In this document: piece after piece, positions 37,259 to 50,882 of the stretch
Position numbering within the stretch: position 1 is the first letter of the stretch
How the letters are laid out: each line of letters starts with the position of its first letter
DNA from: Rhodosorus marinus CCMP1338
Lineage: Eukaryota; Plantae; Rhodophyta
Length of the DNA stretch: 64,000 bases
NCBI GenBank assembly: GCA_029953675.1
Contig: JAMWBK010000002.1
Span: 1,054,001 to 1,118,000 of the forward strand
Reading direction: 5' to 3'
Made by a program: the position numbers and the translations under genes
The notes under the pieces: generated by a model
What the model saw: the letters and a program-made list of their open reading frames with translations, nothing else
Told to the model about the DNA's origin: nothing
The model's database searches: none

Positions 37259-38338
37259 ATGGATCCGAAGCCCTTAGTTGATTTCGTGAAGTCTCCATCG
37301 TCGCAAGGGACTGTCGCTGGTGCTCATGCTCACGGTGGCCATGCACACGACCACGGTGGAGGCGTTGAGCATGGACATAGCCATGAAGCCATGGAGAATC
37401 CGGGTTTGTGTTTTTCTGTCTTTTCTTTTGTGTGCCTACTGTGTACATCGTGAACGGCGGGATTTCTGAACGACCTCCTGCTCGCTGAGCCCTGTCTAGG
37501 GAGGTACACTGAGCGGGATGAGCCTGTAACCAGCGGAAGAAACTTTGCCGAGAGGGCCTTCACCATCGGCGTTGGTGGTCCAGTAGGAAGTGGGAAAACG
37601 AAACTTGTCCTTGAGCTCTGCAAACATCTTAGATCTCAGTACAGCCTAGCGGTTGTTACCAACGACATCTTCACGAAGGAGGATGCAGAGTACGTCACCG
37701 CGCTTGACTGAGACAAAGATCATCTACAACAGAGGGTAGCAGGGAGACGATACCTAAGCACTGCGTTCTGGGGTTCTTCCCCAAACAGGTTTCTCGTCCG
37801 TAATCAAGCGCTTCCAGAGGATCGAATCCTCGCCGTTGAGACCGGTGGCTGTCCTCATGCTGCAGTAAGAGAGGATATTTCACCGAACATTGTGGCGTGT
37901 GAGAGCCTCTCACTGGCAATATCACCAGATCTACTGTTCGTTGAGTCCGGAGGGGACAATCTCGCGGCAAACTTCTCAAGAGAGCTTGCGGATTATATCA
38001 TTTATGTAATCGATGTCGCTGGTGGAGACAAGGTAAACCCTACCAAAGCCCTGTCATTCAGATCCCGAGAGTGGTATTTAAAGACTTGCTGCCGTTCCTA
38101 ACTTCAGGTTCCAAGAAAAGGAGGTCCTGGAGTTACTCAAAGTGATCTTCTCGTGATCAACAAGATCGATCTTGCCGAGGCCGTCGGTGCTGACCTATCC
38201 ATAATGGAACGCGACTCCAAGCTGATGCGTGAGGATGGTCCCTTCCTAATGGCCAGCCTCAGGAACCAAGTTGGCGTGGACATGATCGCGCAGCATATCC
38301 TTCAGGCTTGGAAGGCATCTGGAGCATCGAAGGAGTAA
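37259..38338 (+). CDS. UREG: Urease accessory GTPase UreG with His-rich N-terminus
   Basis: [56 protein letters not shown]. Confidence 0.97.
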
Positions 38339-38772
38339 GCCCGCCACCCCCGCCGTCGAATCGAACCACCGCTGAGTAAAGGAGCGAACGTGGACAAGAT
38401 CGTAAAAGCATATCCTCCCGGCTTGGATTTCGACTGGACGATCAAAAAGCACAGCAGTGATCTTCCTCCGCGGCACTTCGGAACTCGGTTCTCACTAAAT
38501 GCATTCAATCCAATTGTTTGTGGTCAAGTTCAGCGGTCGTTGTGTCCAGAAGCTTTTTATGTTCAGAAAGCATGAGCAAAGAAAGCTTTATAGCCTAGAA
38601 AGCATTTGGTTAAAGAAAGTTACGTTTTGACGCAGCGCTCACAACCGTTCTGTGCTATTTCCGAATATGTCGAGCACTGGATGACACCCAGAGTGGAGCT
38701 TTGCGGGCTGACAAGGCTGGCACTTCCTTAGAGAGTCCCCTGGTGCGGTAGAATCATGTCCTTGAAGATTCA

Positions 38773-39863
38773 ATGTCACCGAAGAAGAGAAATCCAGCTG
38801 GTTCTACGGCGAGACAGGTCGTCAACGAGGCGTACAAGAAGGGAAGCAAGGATGTCGTAGAGAGAGTTACCTGCCAGGTCTATTCCAGAAGAGAACTCGC
38901 TGAAAAGACATTGTCGTGGGCGTTCTCTATGGTTGAACTCAATGTGAAAGAGTTTTACGGCGATTCCTGGAGTCCACGAGAGAAGCAACGAGAGCTGAAA
39001 AGCGACCACGCTCAGTTCATCTTCGTACGCGTTGTCCTGATTTTGTTTCCCGCTCTTGATTTAGTGCGTTGAGCTTGTGCTCTGTGGTCGAGTCACTCAG
39101 CTCGCTTTTCACCCCTGTGTTGAATTCTATCTATGCAGCACGAAGATGATCGCGGCGTACGCGACGGGTTTGCCAGCTTTCGATTCTGTGTAGAAGATGA
39201 CGAAGCGATTCTGTACATATACGAACTCCAGGTTGACGAGAAGGTGCGGGGGAAAGGCATTGGCAAGCATATGCTCAAACTTTTGGAAGAGGTGGCGGCA
39301 CACATGAAAATGTCCAAAGTCATCCTAACAGTGCACAAATCAAACGAACGAGCTATCGCGTTCTATCGTTCTCAGGGGTAAGTGGACACGCCCCTGTCCT
39401 GGCATGTATACTTTCCGTCAGCTCCATTTTTCATGTGCTTTTACATCTCTACAAAAAAACTACCCGAGATCTTACTCCACCCTCCGGCTCTATCATGCGG
39501 GGGTGGAGAGGCTAGTAATCCTCGACAACAACGAGAGCGCAGCATCCACAGCATTTGCGTAGATGATACGTCTCCGTTTTGCCACAAAACTGTTTAGAAC
39601 CTAGAAGAGCCAATATTCTTCTCGTCTCCTCCGCATGTTCTTGCTTTTGGCGACATCCGCTCGTGCCACAGGCGATGCCCGTTAATCACTAAGGCCTTCT
39701 TATATCTTCTTCTATCTCCGCGGTTAGGCTCTCCGTGGACGAGTCTTCCCCAAGCCGGTGGGGACACTCCATGCCATACGAAATTATGTCCAAGAAAGTG
39801 GCCGCGGAACAGCCGGGCAATTCAACCCAGACAAAAAGAAGGCGAAAGATGAGCACTGAGTAA
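38773..39863 (+). CDS. NAA40: N-alpha-acetyltransferase 40 (NatD)
   Basis: WAFSMVELNVKEFY..SW..EKQREL, FASFRF, LYIYELQVDEKVRGKGIGKHML, KVILTVHKSNERAIAFY, last exon SVDESSP...YEIMSK. Confidence 0.9.
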
Positions 39864-39933
39864 ATCTAGTCCTCCCTACACGATGCCGAACCCCCCCCCT
39901 TCTTCCCGGAGACGAGCTCAGTGTCGATGGCGA

Positions 39934-42090
39934 TCAGGTATCAACGGCTGGTGAGCGATCTATCTGGCTCGGCGATCTCTCCAGCTGACTCGCTGGTCGT
40001 TCCAAATGCGCTTTGATAGACTTTCCGTCCAGCGAAACGGCGCCCTCGTCCTTGACAGCTTGAGCACTCATCATATCATTGACGTCAAAAAGAGAGAACA
40101 CTCTCCCTTCGCGTGAGAACAGCGACAGAGTTGGATACAACGGCAAACCACCAACAAACTTATAACTCAGACTTCCTAATTCTTTTCCATCAGCAAAGAA
40201 GGTCAACTGCACATAAAAACCCACGATTCGCTTTCAGCTTCAAAATGTACTAGATCGATCTCCATGTGCTTTGGAAACCAGAAAGAACTAATGAGCGTAG
40301 GTAGCTTCCCTACCTCCGCCTGAACTTCGCTGCCCCCATCCTCGCTTACTGGTGACAGTGACACTAGACATCCCACCACGGACCCAGCACTTACTGTGCG
40401 ACCTAAATTGCTCCATGCCTCTTTCCCATCAACGGTCTGTATAGCGTTGCCGCTAGTGGAAAATCCAACCGAATTGGGCCTGGTTCCAACGAGACAGCTA
40501 ATGGGCAACTCTTTGGTGGAAATCCCTACACATATGCCTCCGCCTTTCTCCTGTGGTTTCGTACAAGGTGACCCGAGACGAGCGTTAATCAAACATATGT
40601 ACGCGCGGCGGAAAGAACTGAAATGCGAGCTGACCTACCTGTTTTGTTATGTACACTTCAAAGTATGACTTGCTATTCTCAACGAGTGGGAGAACGCTTC
40701 TCACGGTTTTGTACAGTCCTTTCGGATCTACCCTTACCGCGTAGTGGTTCTTCTCCAAGAGTTCAATCCCGGCGTGGCAGTCTTTAGGGTTGAAGCCAAG
40801 GCTAGAACTTGACAGTCTAGCAAGCACCGAATAATTAAACTCTTTGGGGTCATTCGCGTAAACCCTCGCAGTTGCCAGGGCCGTATGCGGCATTGACCCC
40901 TTCTCGTCTGCTCGTAGAGCAGCCTCGTACGTTGCGTCCTAGGCACATCCCACAAGCACATCATCAGCATGTTTGTCCAACAAACCTAATAGCTCCAGCA
41001 GTAACCAAATGAGCACTCACTCTGACGACCGCCAGACTCGGATCGTATCTCATAGGCCTCTTCAAATCCTCGAAACTAGACGCGCGTGATACAAGCCCGT
41101 CCTTCAGAGCGTCTCTTTCGTTGTTCTTCAGATTGTGCACATTCACGACAACCACATCAAAGGGTGAGTGGTTGATCCTCTTGTGCATGTAGCTCCGCAA
41201 AACATCATTCTGCGATTCCCTCTCGACGTAGGTGTACGCGATCCCTATGTTTTTTTTTGGCGGTAAGTGTAATCCAGAAACAAGTCAACCAAACGAGGCA
41301 GTCGTCCTATAGCCCACAAGTGGCACCTGAGATGGAGTGGTATTTACCTGTGGAATTCTGGAACGCTTTCATCATCCCAGGGGCCGAGGATGGCTTCACG
41401 CTGTCGATAGCTTCTACATCCACACCTTCAGGAGAGTTTGGGTGGGAAAGTGAGAAAGAGGAGCAAAAGCATGTAGAATCGCCACAGCTATCTATTGTGA
41501 CGGTCAGGCAATTATTTATGATCCCTCGTTCATCGTACACGGTTGGCTGGTCTTCCGCATGTCGCCAATTGTTGTCAATAATGACTGTGCCAATAGAAAA
41601 GGTTCGTACATGTATCTTCGTTAGCCGTGGCAATCATATCATTGAAAGCGAGCATCACGATTTCCGGCGTTTTTCGATTCTCTGCGTATGTACTTACATT
41701 TATACTGAAAAGAACCAGGTGGAAGCATTTTCGACGCAATCCAGACTTCACCATCTCTCGTATTCACCTTTTCCATGGGAAGGGTGACCTCCCAGTTGTT
41801 AAACTCTCCAGTAACAAAGGCACTACTTGCATCCACTGTCCAGCAGAAGTATACCTCAGTGACAATCTTTACAAGATGACGTTGAAAAGAGAAAAACAAT
41901 AACCCTGAAATCAGTTTCTGTACAAAAGCTACACCAGCAGCTCGAGAAGTCGTGCCTTTACCTGTCCCGTGTCAATTGTCGCCGAGCTGAGATCTTCCTC
42001 GCCACCCAATTTCTGGAGGTCCTGATGAGATACGGACCACACTCCAGGTGTGGTAGGTGTTGGCATTCCAATTTCCGCGTTCACCTCCAT
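39934..42090 (-). CDS. Protein with N-terminal AMPK-beta-type CBM48 glycogen/starch-binding domain and C-terminal SPRY domain
   Basis: VYFCW..ASSAFVTGEFNNWEVTLPM...LPPGSFQYK/FIVDGNWRHAEDQPTVYDERGIINN (CBM48). YFEVYI..GICVGIS..VG...SVGFSTSG..GSVVGC..FFADGKELG..LYPTLSL (SPRY). Start approximate. Confidence 0.8.
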
Positions 42091-45000
42091 TCCAGTAGCA
42101 ACACGAGCTCCACAAAGGAAGAACGATACCAGAATCCGACAAAAAAACCTCCAAACACCTCAAAACACGCGCACAAGTTCCTTAACTGTCCACGTGCCGG
42201 CTCAACATCGTCCTCGGAACTCAAATGCTTCACAAAGATTCACGTTCCAGCCCTATGTCCCGATCGTGTTTTGACCGCCCCGCTCTCTTACCTGCTGGAC
42301 CCAGGGTCAACCCATAGACTCACCGGACGAACAAAACCAGAGAATTCTTGTGCCAAGCTCAACAACCAAGGAACAAGGAAGCTCAAACACGTCCCAAAAC
42401 CCCCCACACCTTGGGCTTCTTCCTCACCGAAAACGCAAACTCAGATCCTCAACTTTCCAACACGAGCCAAAATCCTTCAGTATCTACACGATCCTGATAG
42501 CTCTTCCCAGAAATCTCGATTTTTGGATCTCTGTGAGGAAGCGTGTCTGTCCGACGAGTGGCCCCCTTTGCAGAACTTACCCTTCTCTGCCCAGAATCTC
42601 TCAATGCCTATCCGAACCAAACCCCACTCTTTCACATCCGCCTCCGCTACCAAAGCTGCTCAAAGAGCCCACACACAATTTTTCACCAAACTTACCATAG
42701 GAGGACAACAAATCTAGTAACTAACAAGTTCACCCAAATCTTCCGACGTACCTCTACACCAAATAAATATTCTCCATAAAATTAAAACTTTAGAAAACTA
42801 TTAAGTACTTAGTTTGTATACCATAGGGGTAGGCTTTTATCATACACGAAACAATGCATATGTTTAGAAGGGGGTAAACAAATTGTCCAGCGAACAGTCA
42901 ATGGAAGCAGTTGTCCACGTGTTGGCGATGCGATGTTCAGCAGAACCCTCTAGGTTTGGTGTCACCGCTTAATATATTGTATAATACTATAAATATGAAC
43001 AAAATACGGGGTTTTAGTACGTTTTCATACCCCCCTCTTACAAACAAAATCTGTATTCTTTGCTGAGTATCTCCTTTGATAATTCTACTAAAATTCGTTT
43101 GCATGGATTCTACCCGATTGAGGTCTAGTAGTTTTTGGAAGCAATACTTCTTGATTAGTACACCGAATAGTGATTACTACTATGATAGACGTTTGAGCGA
43201 AGGGATAAAGGCAGGTTTCGTTTGAGATACATTCTTCGGGGCCGCGCCGGGATCACAAGCTTCCACCCGACTTTTCCGTATGTGGTCGGCTTCTGCGGGG
43301 GGGGGACGAGAGGGGATCACTGGGAGCCGGTGGACCTTCAGCGGGATGTTTTGTTTTGCCGTAGTTGTAAGAGACCTTCAGATTTCTTTGATCGTCGGGG
43401 GGGGGTTACCATTACTACGCTTTAGCTAGTATCGCACTGCTCTTTCTGGAGTGTACGCCGCTCTGAGTTGAGTTTTTTTGTTGCCCTGTATCGCTTCGCG
43501 AACGCGACCTTTGGTTTTCGAGGCGCTTACAGCGCGCATTTGTCCTTGCGGCCTTCGTCATGAACTTCCTTGCGGGGCATTGGCCTCATAGAGTAGAGCA
43601 TAGTTCTGTTGTCAAATGAGCACGACATATGCTTGTTCTTCTGCAGTGGATTTTGTTGACATCTGAGATTGGAAGGTGGTTCGAGGTCTGGAAGTGTGCG
43701 TTCTTCAATGGTAGTTTCGCTAGGCCTTTCAGGGATCGCTCGGGGCCAGCAGGTCGTATTCGAAAACAGCGTGCGTTGCTCGCGTTGGAAGGTCGATATC
43801 AGCTTCATACTTATCCTCTTACCCCAAAGGAAAATGGTTCAAAGGGAAATGTGTCAACGTGACATTCAGGTCCATCGGAGAGCTGTCCAACAATACCATT
43901 CTCTGCTTTGCTCAGGGTGAATGGCTTTGTAAGAGGCAAGGCTTGTGCAGTTCATGGAATCTTCGATTGCCCAACAATCCTCAGAATCAAGGGATCTAAA
44001 ATGTTAACTAGTAGCAACCTTCACTTGTTGTTGATATGGACTGCCGCCACTGCTTGATGACGAGGACTCGCATCAATGCAAACTCGCCAACATTTCTGCT
44101 GAATAGGGCCTCCCCCGCCTCAATCCAGGCTCAATTGATTCAGAAAAAAGTTGTTTAGGTGCAAAATCCCTCCCCTCAAATCAACTCTCACCGCACCCAA
44201 CGAATTGCTGATCGAAAAGGTGGGCCGCAACACCCTGAACAGGAAATTTATAATCGTTTCCAAATCTTGAACGGCCCCCATTGACCCGTTTCGACAATAT
44301 TTGGTTGTGCCAATCAACATCGAATCGTCATATCTTACCAATTCTGGGAAATATAACCCCCCCTATACAAAACTTAAAATATGTGTTAATTGTATTTATG
44401 AAATTCAATCGTCTATATGGAGCAATCTTTGTCGTCCATCCCCCCACTCGAATGCTCAATCTGGAAATGGCGCGGGAAAAGAAAGGGGGGTTGTTTTTCT
44501 TTGAATGCTTTGGGCAGGCCTTATACCCCTGCCCCGTCACCCCTCTATCGAGTTATATACAATGCTGGCAACACTTGGATTTAATAGTCTTACCCTTTTC
44601 AAAATTAGCAAGGACGATCAAATTAAACCGTAATTATACACTAATTCTATTCGTGTTGCTCGGCACCTAGGAAGGCGCCGTAGTTCTACGCCGTCTTCCC
44701 CAGCCCCCCCACTTTCATTTGTCTGCGATGATATTGTGACTGCAACGAAGAAATCGACTCCGCATCTTTACCCCTGCAGATAGAGAGGAAGCCAAGAAAA
44801 AGAAGAAGAAGATGAACTGATAATATATTTTCAGACAAAAAATACGATAAACCTTTCTTCGTAGGGGGGAAAAAACACCCATCAATCAATGCCATTAGTT
44901 TTTGATAGCATTTTCCGCCAGTGAAATTGTATCCCCACTTACCACCATAAATTTTCGAAAATTGATTGGTAATATTATCAAATTGCATAGTTTTCATTAC

Positions 45001-45728
45001 AATCCAGGAAAATACTATGAAGTTACTAGTATTCAGGCTAATCTATTTCATGCAAAGAGAGTGAAACCTTTTCCTTCTCCGTTCAGATTTGCCAAACGAT
45101 CTAGTTCCCTTGAGATTTCCCCCCGCCCCGGAGAGGGTGAAAAGAGGAGGTGCGGGGAGGGGGTAAGAAGTGTTACGTCGAGTGGAAGAAACGGACGATA
45201 ACTACGTAGAATTGGAGATACCAAAAAAATCTTGTTTACGAGTGGTGAGTCGCTGGGAAGGTTCCCGCAACAAAAAAAAAGGTAAAAACATATCAATTCC
45301 TTCAAACTTAGTATGTTTAGGATTTTTTGCTTAAAAGTTTTTGCGAATGGCGTTAAATCAATCCATGCGAAAAGCAAACTCTATTTTGTTTTATTTCGTG
45401 GTCTCAGATAGTCATTCCATGGTGAACGCGAAGAAGAGTGGTTTTCAGTTGGTTTTGAGGTGTTTTTGCTGCTGATGGGAAGAGTTGGGGGAGGGGAGGG
45501 GGAAGGAGTTCGACTTTTTGGGAAAGTAGAGGAAAGTCGTTTATAAGTTTGAGAGGAGGGTTTTGGTTAGGCTGGGGAGTGTTGAGCTGGGGGAGCTGAG
45601 CAGGAGGGAGAGAGTATCGGTGTGTACTTTTCTGTGTTTGGAGCGATTATAGTTTTGGAATTGGTGTCCAGTAGGGGAGGGGAACCCTGCTGTGAGGATT
45701 TGAATATAGTACGGTAATGTAAAGCAGG

Positions 45729-46103
45729 ATGTTTTGGAATCGAAAGAAATCGGAGCCCCCGAGAGCCGGTTTCCAGGTTGTTGTGACGCTGGTTTCTGGG
45801 AGGACGGTTGGGCTAAATGTGGAGGAGGGGGAGCACTTTGGGGATATTACGAAACGACTTCGCCGGTCTTTTGGGAAGGATGAGGTGAATGGAGCGCTCG
45901 CGGCCGCTGTAGGAGGTCTTTGGTTTGAGGTGGACGAGGGGAGCACTGTCGGGGGTGTAGCTCTCGAGAAGAACTCACCCCTCAGGTATCAGCCAACCGT
46001 GGATTTGCATGGCTCTGGCTTTGACCTGAAGACGCTGGACAGTGAGGAAAACTTGTCATCGATGCGCATCCTGAACAGCTCTATGGAGATTCATCCACTT
46101 TGA
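45729..46103 (+). CDS. Divergent ubiquitin-fold protein, 124 aa, single exon
   Basis: FQVVVTLVSGRTVGLNVEEGEHFGDITKRL and VDEGSTVGGVALEKNSPLRY align by eye with ubiquitin strands b1-b2, helix 1 and LEDGRTL..YNIQKESTLHL. Confidence 0.6.
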   Translation: MFWNRKKSEPPRAGFQVVVTLVSGRTVGLNVEEGEHFGDITKRLRRSFGKDEVNGALAAAVGGLWFEVDEGSTVGGVALEKNSPLRYQPTVDLHGSGFDLKTLDSEENLSSMRILNSSMEIHPL

Positions 46104-46524
46104 CAGTTTGGGGAGAGCATGTTTAGTTTATCGCGGGGCTGGACAGGTCTTCGCACATGGCTACTATAGCCAAGGGTTATGCTTGTATTATTGTCGTTTC
46201 ACTTCAGGTTCATAGCCGTCAGGGAAAGTTGGGTTAATCTAAGCCCTAAAGTGCCACTTTGAGACAGTTCGGACGCTTCCATGTGATTTTAGGCGAAGGG
46301 AGGCGAGGACTTTTTCTTTGTGAGTTTGCTTTTCTTAATGAAAAGAGCACTGGTAAATTTGGGTAAATTTGGGTAATTTCTTGTATGGATTTATTTACTT
46401 CAATTCTCGCGCAATTGTGAAGCACCTCTCTCCAACGGGGCTACGCATAAGGGACGGAGAAGTACATCAAGCAGAATAAATGTGCCCCTGTCAAATCGCA
46501 GCCGACACTCGGCTCGTGTTAGTA

Positions 46525-48525
46525 TCAGTAGCCATACTCTTTAAGCCCTGACAAGATGACCTTGCTCTCCGCTGCGTAGTCGACTGGATTTGCGCGGACC
46601 ACTTGGTACTTAATCCGTTGTTCCTCTTGCCATGTCTCCTGCTTCACTCGAATCTTTGCAACAAACTGCTTGAAAAGGGGCAGATCCACGACCCTCTCAT
46701 ACTCATCCTCATTGCTCTCCTTGAGTGTGTTCATTTCTTCTGCAGTCTTGCCGATCACCTGCTGCGCAGCTTCATCGAATACACTGACAAACTGCGAGGT
46801 GGACTCGTCCATGACATTCACATTCATCACATACCGGTAGTTGCAGTGATCGTACTCCTTGTCCGTTGTCTCGCAACGCCAACGTCCCGTTGCGGTCGGA
46901 GTTACCTTCCGGTTGGTTTCTGGGCAAGCGTTATACCAGAGTGACTTGTCCTTCCTGATCAGACCCACAGTTATCCGAGATGTGAAGGAGATCCCACCCG
47001 GCTGGTTCTGAATATTCGTTAAGTTGTTGTCGTTCATCTCCTGAAGAGTTTTTCTCTGCGAGTCGTTTCCACCGGCACCGCTTCCAGCCACGGATTTTGC
47101 CTCTACAGTTTGCCCCTTAGCGTCATACCACCCTTTCAATGCGTGTGCTTCCTTCAAGTCGGGGTTCAGTTCAAAGAAGGAGGATCGGCCTGAATCCAGA
47201 GAAATGCCCATATAGTCCCCTCGTCGAAGTCCCTTCGCAAGGAGCACTGGGTTTCCTGCCTCGCTTTGAATAACGTCCTTTGCAAAGTCGCCCCAAAGGC
47301 TGATCACGATGGTCCGCTCTGAGTCGTCGACGATGGTTACAGCTCGTTTGTACAGGGGCTCTCCCGTCGTCCTCGAGGTAAGTTCAGCAACTTCTGACAC
47401 CTGCAAGCGGGAGCGAGTCACAAACGCAGGTAAGCACAACCATTATCCGAAAACTATTTCCGCAATGAGCAGCCCAAAGTCGATGGCATTAAATCTCTTA
47501 CGTACCTCCTTGACAATGCCAATCATATCAACAAACGAGTTGACTTCTTTGCTCTCGAGATCCTTGATCTTGACGAACTCAAACTTCAGCTGGCCAACCG
47601 TTCCATCATCCGTGATCGGAGTCACTACAGATTCATTGCCCAGCATCATCTCGTACTCTGAAGAGCAGCGATTGAATTTTGGGTTGGCCTGCTTGACGCT
47701 GCCCTTGGTAACGGAGAACACTTTACCAAGCTGGATGAGATCGTTCATCCTGCTCGCCACGTCATTGAAACTTGCAATTTTGATGCTTCCGGATTCGTCC
47801 GCAAGGTCAAAACTTAGCACTTGTCCTTCGCCCCTCGCATTCTGATACTTCCGAAGCGCTGACTTGTTGATGACACGCCCTTTGATTGTCCACTTGTTCT
47901 GGTATGGATTTATCCCTGTGATCGGGAAGAACTGTACTTGACCATTGATTCCCGTTCCATTGTGACCCATATGCGCGATTGCTCCGTTCGCTTTCGGCTT
48001 CCATGGTTCAGAATCAGTCATCATCGAATTCCGCACATCCCCCGAGTTCTCAAAAGAGCTCAGGCCGTAGGAAGTTGGTGTTGCCCCATTCATTCCCGAT
48101 CCTCCCAGTGACGGCGTAGTGTTACTAGCAGGCAGGCTTGCCCCTGGAGTAAACTCGCCGCTCCCAGGCGCGGCATTGACAGCGACCGGGGCCCCAATTT
48201 TGCTAGCCTGCGGCCCTGCGAGAATCTCCAGGTTGACGATCACAAGAACCCGCCGTCCATGAACGGTGTTTGCGATGAATTCCTTAATCTGAATGATGCC
48301 CATGTTATGCAGCTTGCCCGACGTCACAACATGAGTCAACTGCGACGCGATCATTGAATTGATGTAGAAATGACCGTCGCTCACTTGAAGCTTCCATCGG
48401 TCGCTATTCATGCTGTTCGCAACCTTCTTCAGTTCTATCACTTGAACAATCGGGGTAATCATCGTATCCCCATTTGCCATCTTCGTGACACCATGTGGTG
48501 TTAAGCTTCCACTCCAACCCACCAT
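46525..48525 (-). CDS. RPA1: Replication protein A 70-kDa subunit (one intron near 47403-47503)
   Basis: N-terminal OB PIVQVIELK..RWKLQVSDG, FPITGINPYQNKWTIKGRVINKS, VDMIGIV, WYNACP zinc region, and the CNYRYVMNVNVMD C-terminal OB. Confidence 0.97.
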
Positions 48526-49667
48526 ATCGTCGATCACCAAGAATCCAACTCTCTCGCTTTGCCCACACAAGCCAATATCCACCCCACAACCACAAGCAGC
48601 AATCACAAAAAAAAAAGCGAAAGAGAAAAAGCTATCGACTCCTTAATCACTAAGAGAGTACGATATTCCGATTATTTCTACCCTTCTCCAAGATACTGTC
48701 CTCTTCGTCCAACGCATCCCTTATACATTCCCCGTCCCTATGGCCCCGAGCATCTTCAGTAGTCAAAATACTGCAAGAGAGCTTCTAAGTCTCCTTCCAA
48801 AACTCTCCCACAAACACATCGAACTTCTGCTATATATGTTTTTCAAAAATGTTTCCTAGCAGAAGTCTATGACCTCTGATACCCCCCCGTTTTCCATGCA
48901 GGATTCAACAACTTCCCGAAATTTCTCGCAGTCACGTAGTACCCAGTACATTCTTTGGATGCATAAATCTATCCATGAAAATAATTGGTTAATTTACGCG
49001 GGAATTACGATTCCGAAGAACGAGGATTCGTCAGTCATTATTATGCCTTTTTTGTCCAATCATGTCTGTAGATGAAGCTTTTCGAGGAAAATATTTGATG
49101 TAGAGGATTGAATGTGTGGGGCTTTTTGACTGAGCTACGGGCCATGGGCCATCCTTCCCAAGTTTCGTGCCTGATCAATCAGGTCCTTGAAAGACTTTCA
49201 CACTTGTTCCGTCTTTTTGGCCAAGAGCCTCCAGCCTTCCCGAAGTTAGTCAAGAAGAGCGCCTTTCTCTGGAGATCCTAATATCGAAGGTACGATGCTT
49301 GCGTTTATCTTTGAAGGTGCCCCCTTCCGTGCTGCACTAGCTCAAGAGTTGGTTCGACAGTAGCGGCCAGGAGGAGCTGTGGATCTTCAAGCCTTGAAGG
49401 CGTGAATAAAACGGGTGTGCTTTTAATCCTCAGAATCCAAAGTCGCTCTCGCCCTTGTCAGGCAGATTGATAATATCCCGCAAGGCATCCAAGCGATCCA
49501 GAGGAATTGGTTTGGGAAGGGCTGATCTATTAGGGGGAACGGAACGCTTTATATTGTGCACTCCTTCCGACGCTGCAACAGAAAGGACATTCGTGATGGT
49601 GTCTTCTGTTCAATAATGGATATAAAAGAAGGAACTTTTTGGCATCGCTAGTTTGCGCTACCAAATA

Positions 49668-50882
49668 TCAGCTTGCTCCGATGGAAACGGAAGCAGCCAC
49701 TTCACTCATCCACGCTGGGAGGCCGTTGGGTCCCTGCATTCTGGCCGCCTCGAGCAGAAACTCTGGAACTCTGAAAGGATGAGATTCTGGCCAGGTCTGA
49801 AGTGTAGTTATTGAGCAATCCCCGGCTGCGGTGGCCAACACATCGGACGATTTTGAATTTTCCTTCAGTAGTTCTACACACACTTCACCTAACCACATCT
49901 GGCGAAACAAAAATAGGCAGACCAGGAAGATACCCAGAGTTTAGTCGATAAAGCACAATCGACTTCGACGTGGACGTTTTTTGCTGACCTCGTGATTGTC
50001 GCGCTGTACAGTATCGCGATAAGCTATTGCCGCCAAGCTTGTACACTGGAAGTTTCCGGACCATTTACAAGGAGTATTTACATTGAGGACGATATCTCCA
50101 CAACGAAAGGCATGGAAAACGGCCATGTTGACGTCCTCGCACTCGCTCGAGTTTGCATACTTGTTGTGCGGTTGCCGTTTCAACTCCTGCCTTGATGGAT
50201 TTTCAGGGTCCATCGGAAGAAGTTCCAACAGACGATGAGTTATCGACATGGTTGCATCAACAGCCACCGCTAGAGACTTTTCTGAGAAGTCGTTCCCGGC
50301 CAGTGACGTAGCGATCGCAGGATACCCTAGCATCGCCGCCTGTCTCGCTCCCGCGAAGGTTCCAGAGTACAACACGTCATGGCTCATATTGGAGCCCAGA
50401 TTGATCCCGCTCACGACCTGTAATCAAAGAAAAAATTAGTCGAATTGCTTAAGTTGACGTCGAGTAGACAAAGTTGGATTTCATACCAAGGTTGGTGGTG
50501 GATCATGCACGATTCCTCCTGGATCAAGCGCCAGAATAGCGCAATCCGAGGGGCTTCCGGTGATACTGTAGACTCGTTCACCGATTTCCCTGTGATTCGT
50601 TAAGTCCATCCTTCCCGTCAACGTTAACCTTTGCCCGCACGCGCTTTGATTGGAATTGGGCGCCACGACGGTGGTTTCAATTTTCCCGTCCTTCTCGAGA
50701 GTTTCGCGGAGATGAAGCAAAGCAGGACTCGCGTATCCATCGTCATTCGTCAGGAGCACTCTCCTCCACGGCCCCATCGCCCGGCTAGCCGCCAGACGAA
50801 CGAATTGTCTTGACGACACCTTAGATCTCGGCAGTATAACTTCGACGAAGCATGCAGTACCTCGCATTGCCACCTTATTCAT
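49668..50882 (-). CDS. surE: SurE family 5'/3'-nucleotidase with possible organellar transit peptide
   Basis: [52 protein letters not shown]. Confidence 0.93.

Noticed and set aside
42025-42717. 230-aa plus-strand ORF and similar long antisense ORFs in the track
   Set aside because: It is low-complexity, lies antisense to or upstream of the CBM48-SPRY gene, and has no recognisable domain.
47426-47440. CTTACCTG on the minus strand resembling the U1 5' end
   Set aside because: It lies inside the RPA1 intron with no U1 stem-loops or Sm site.
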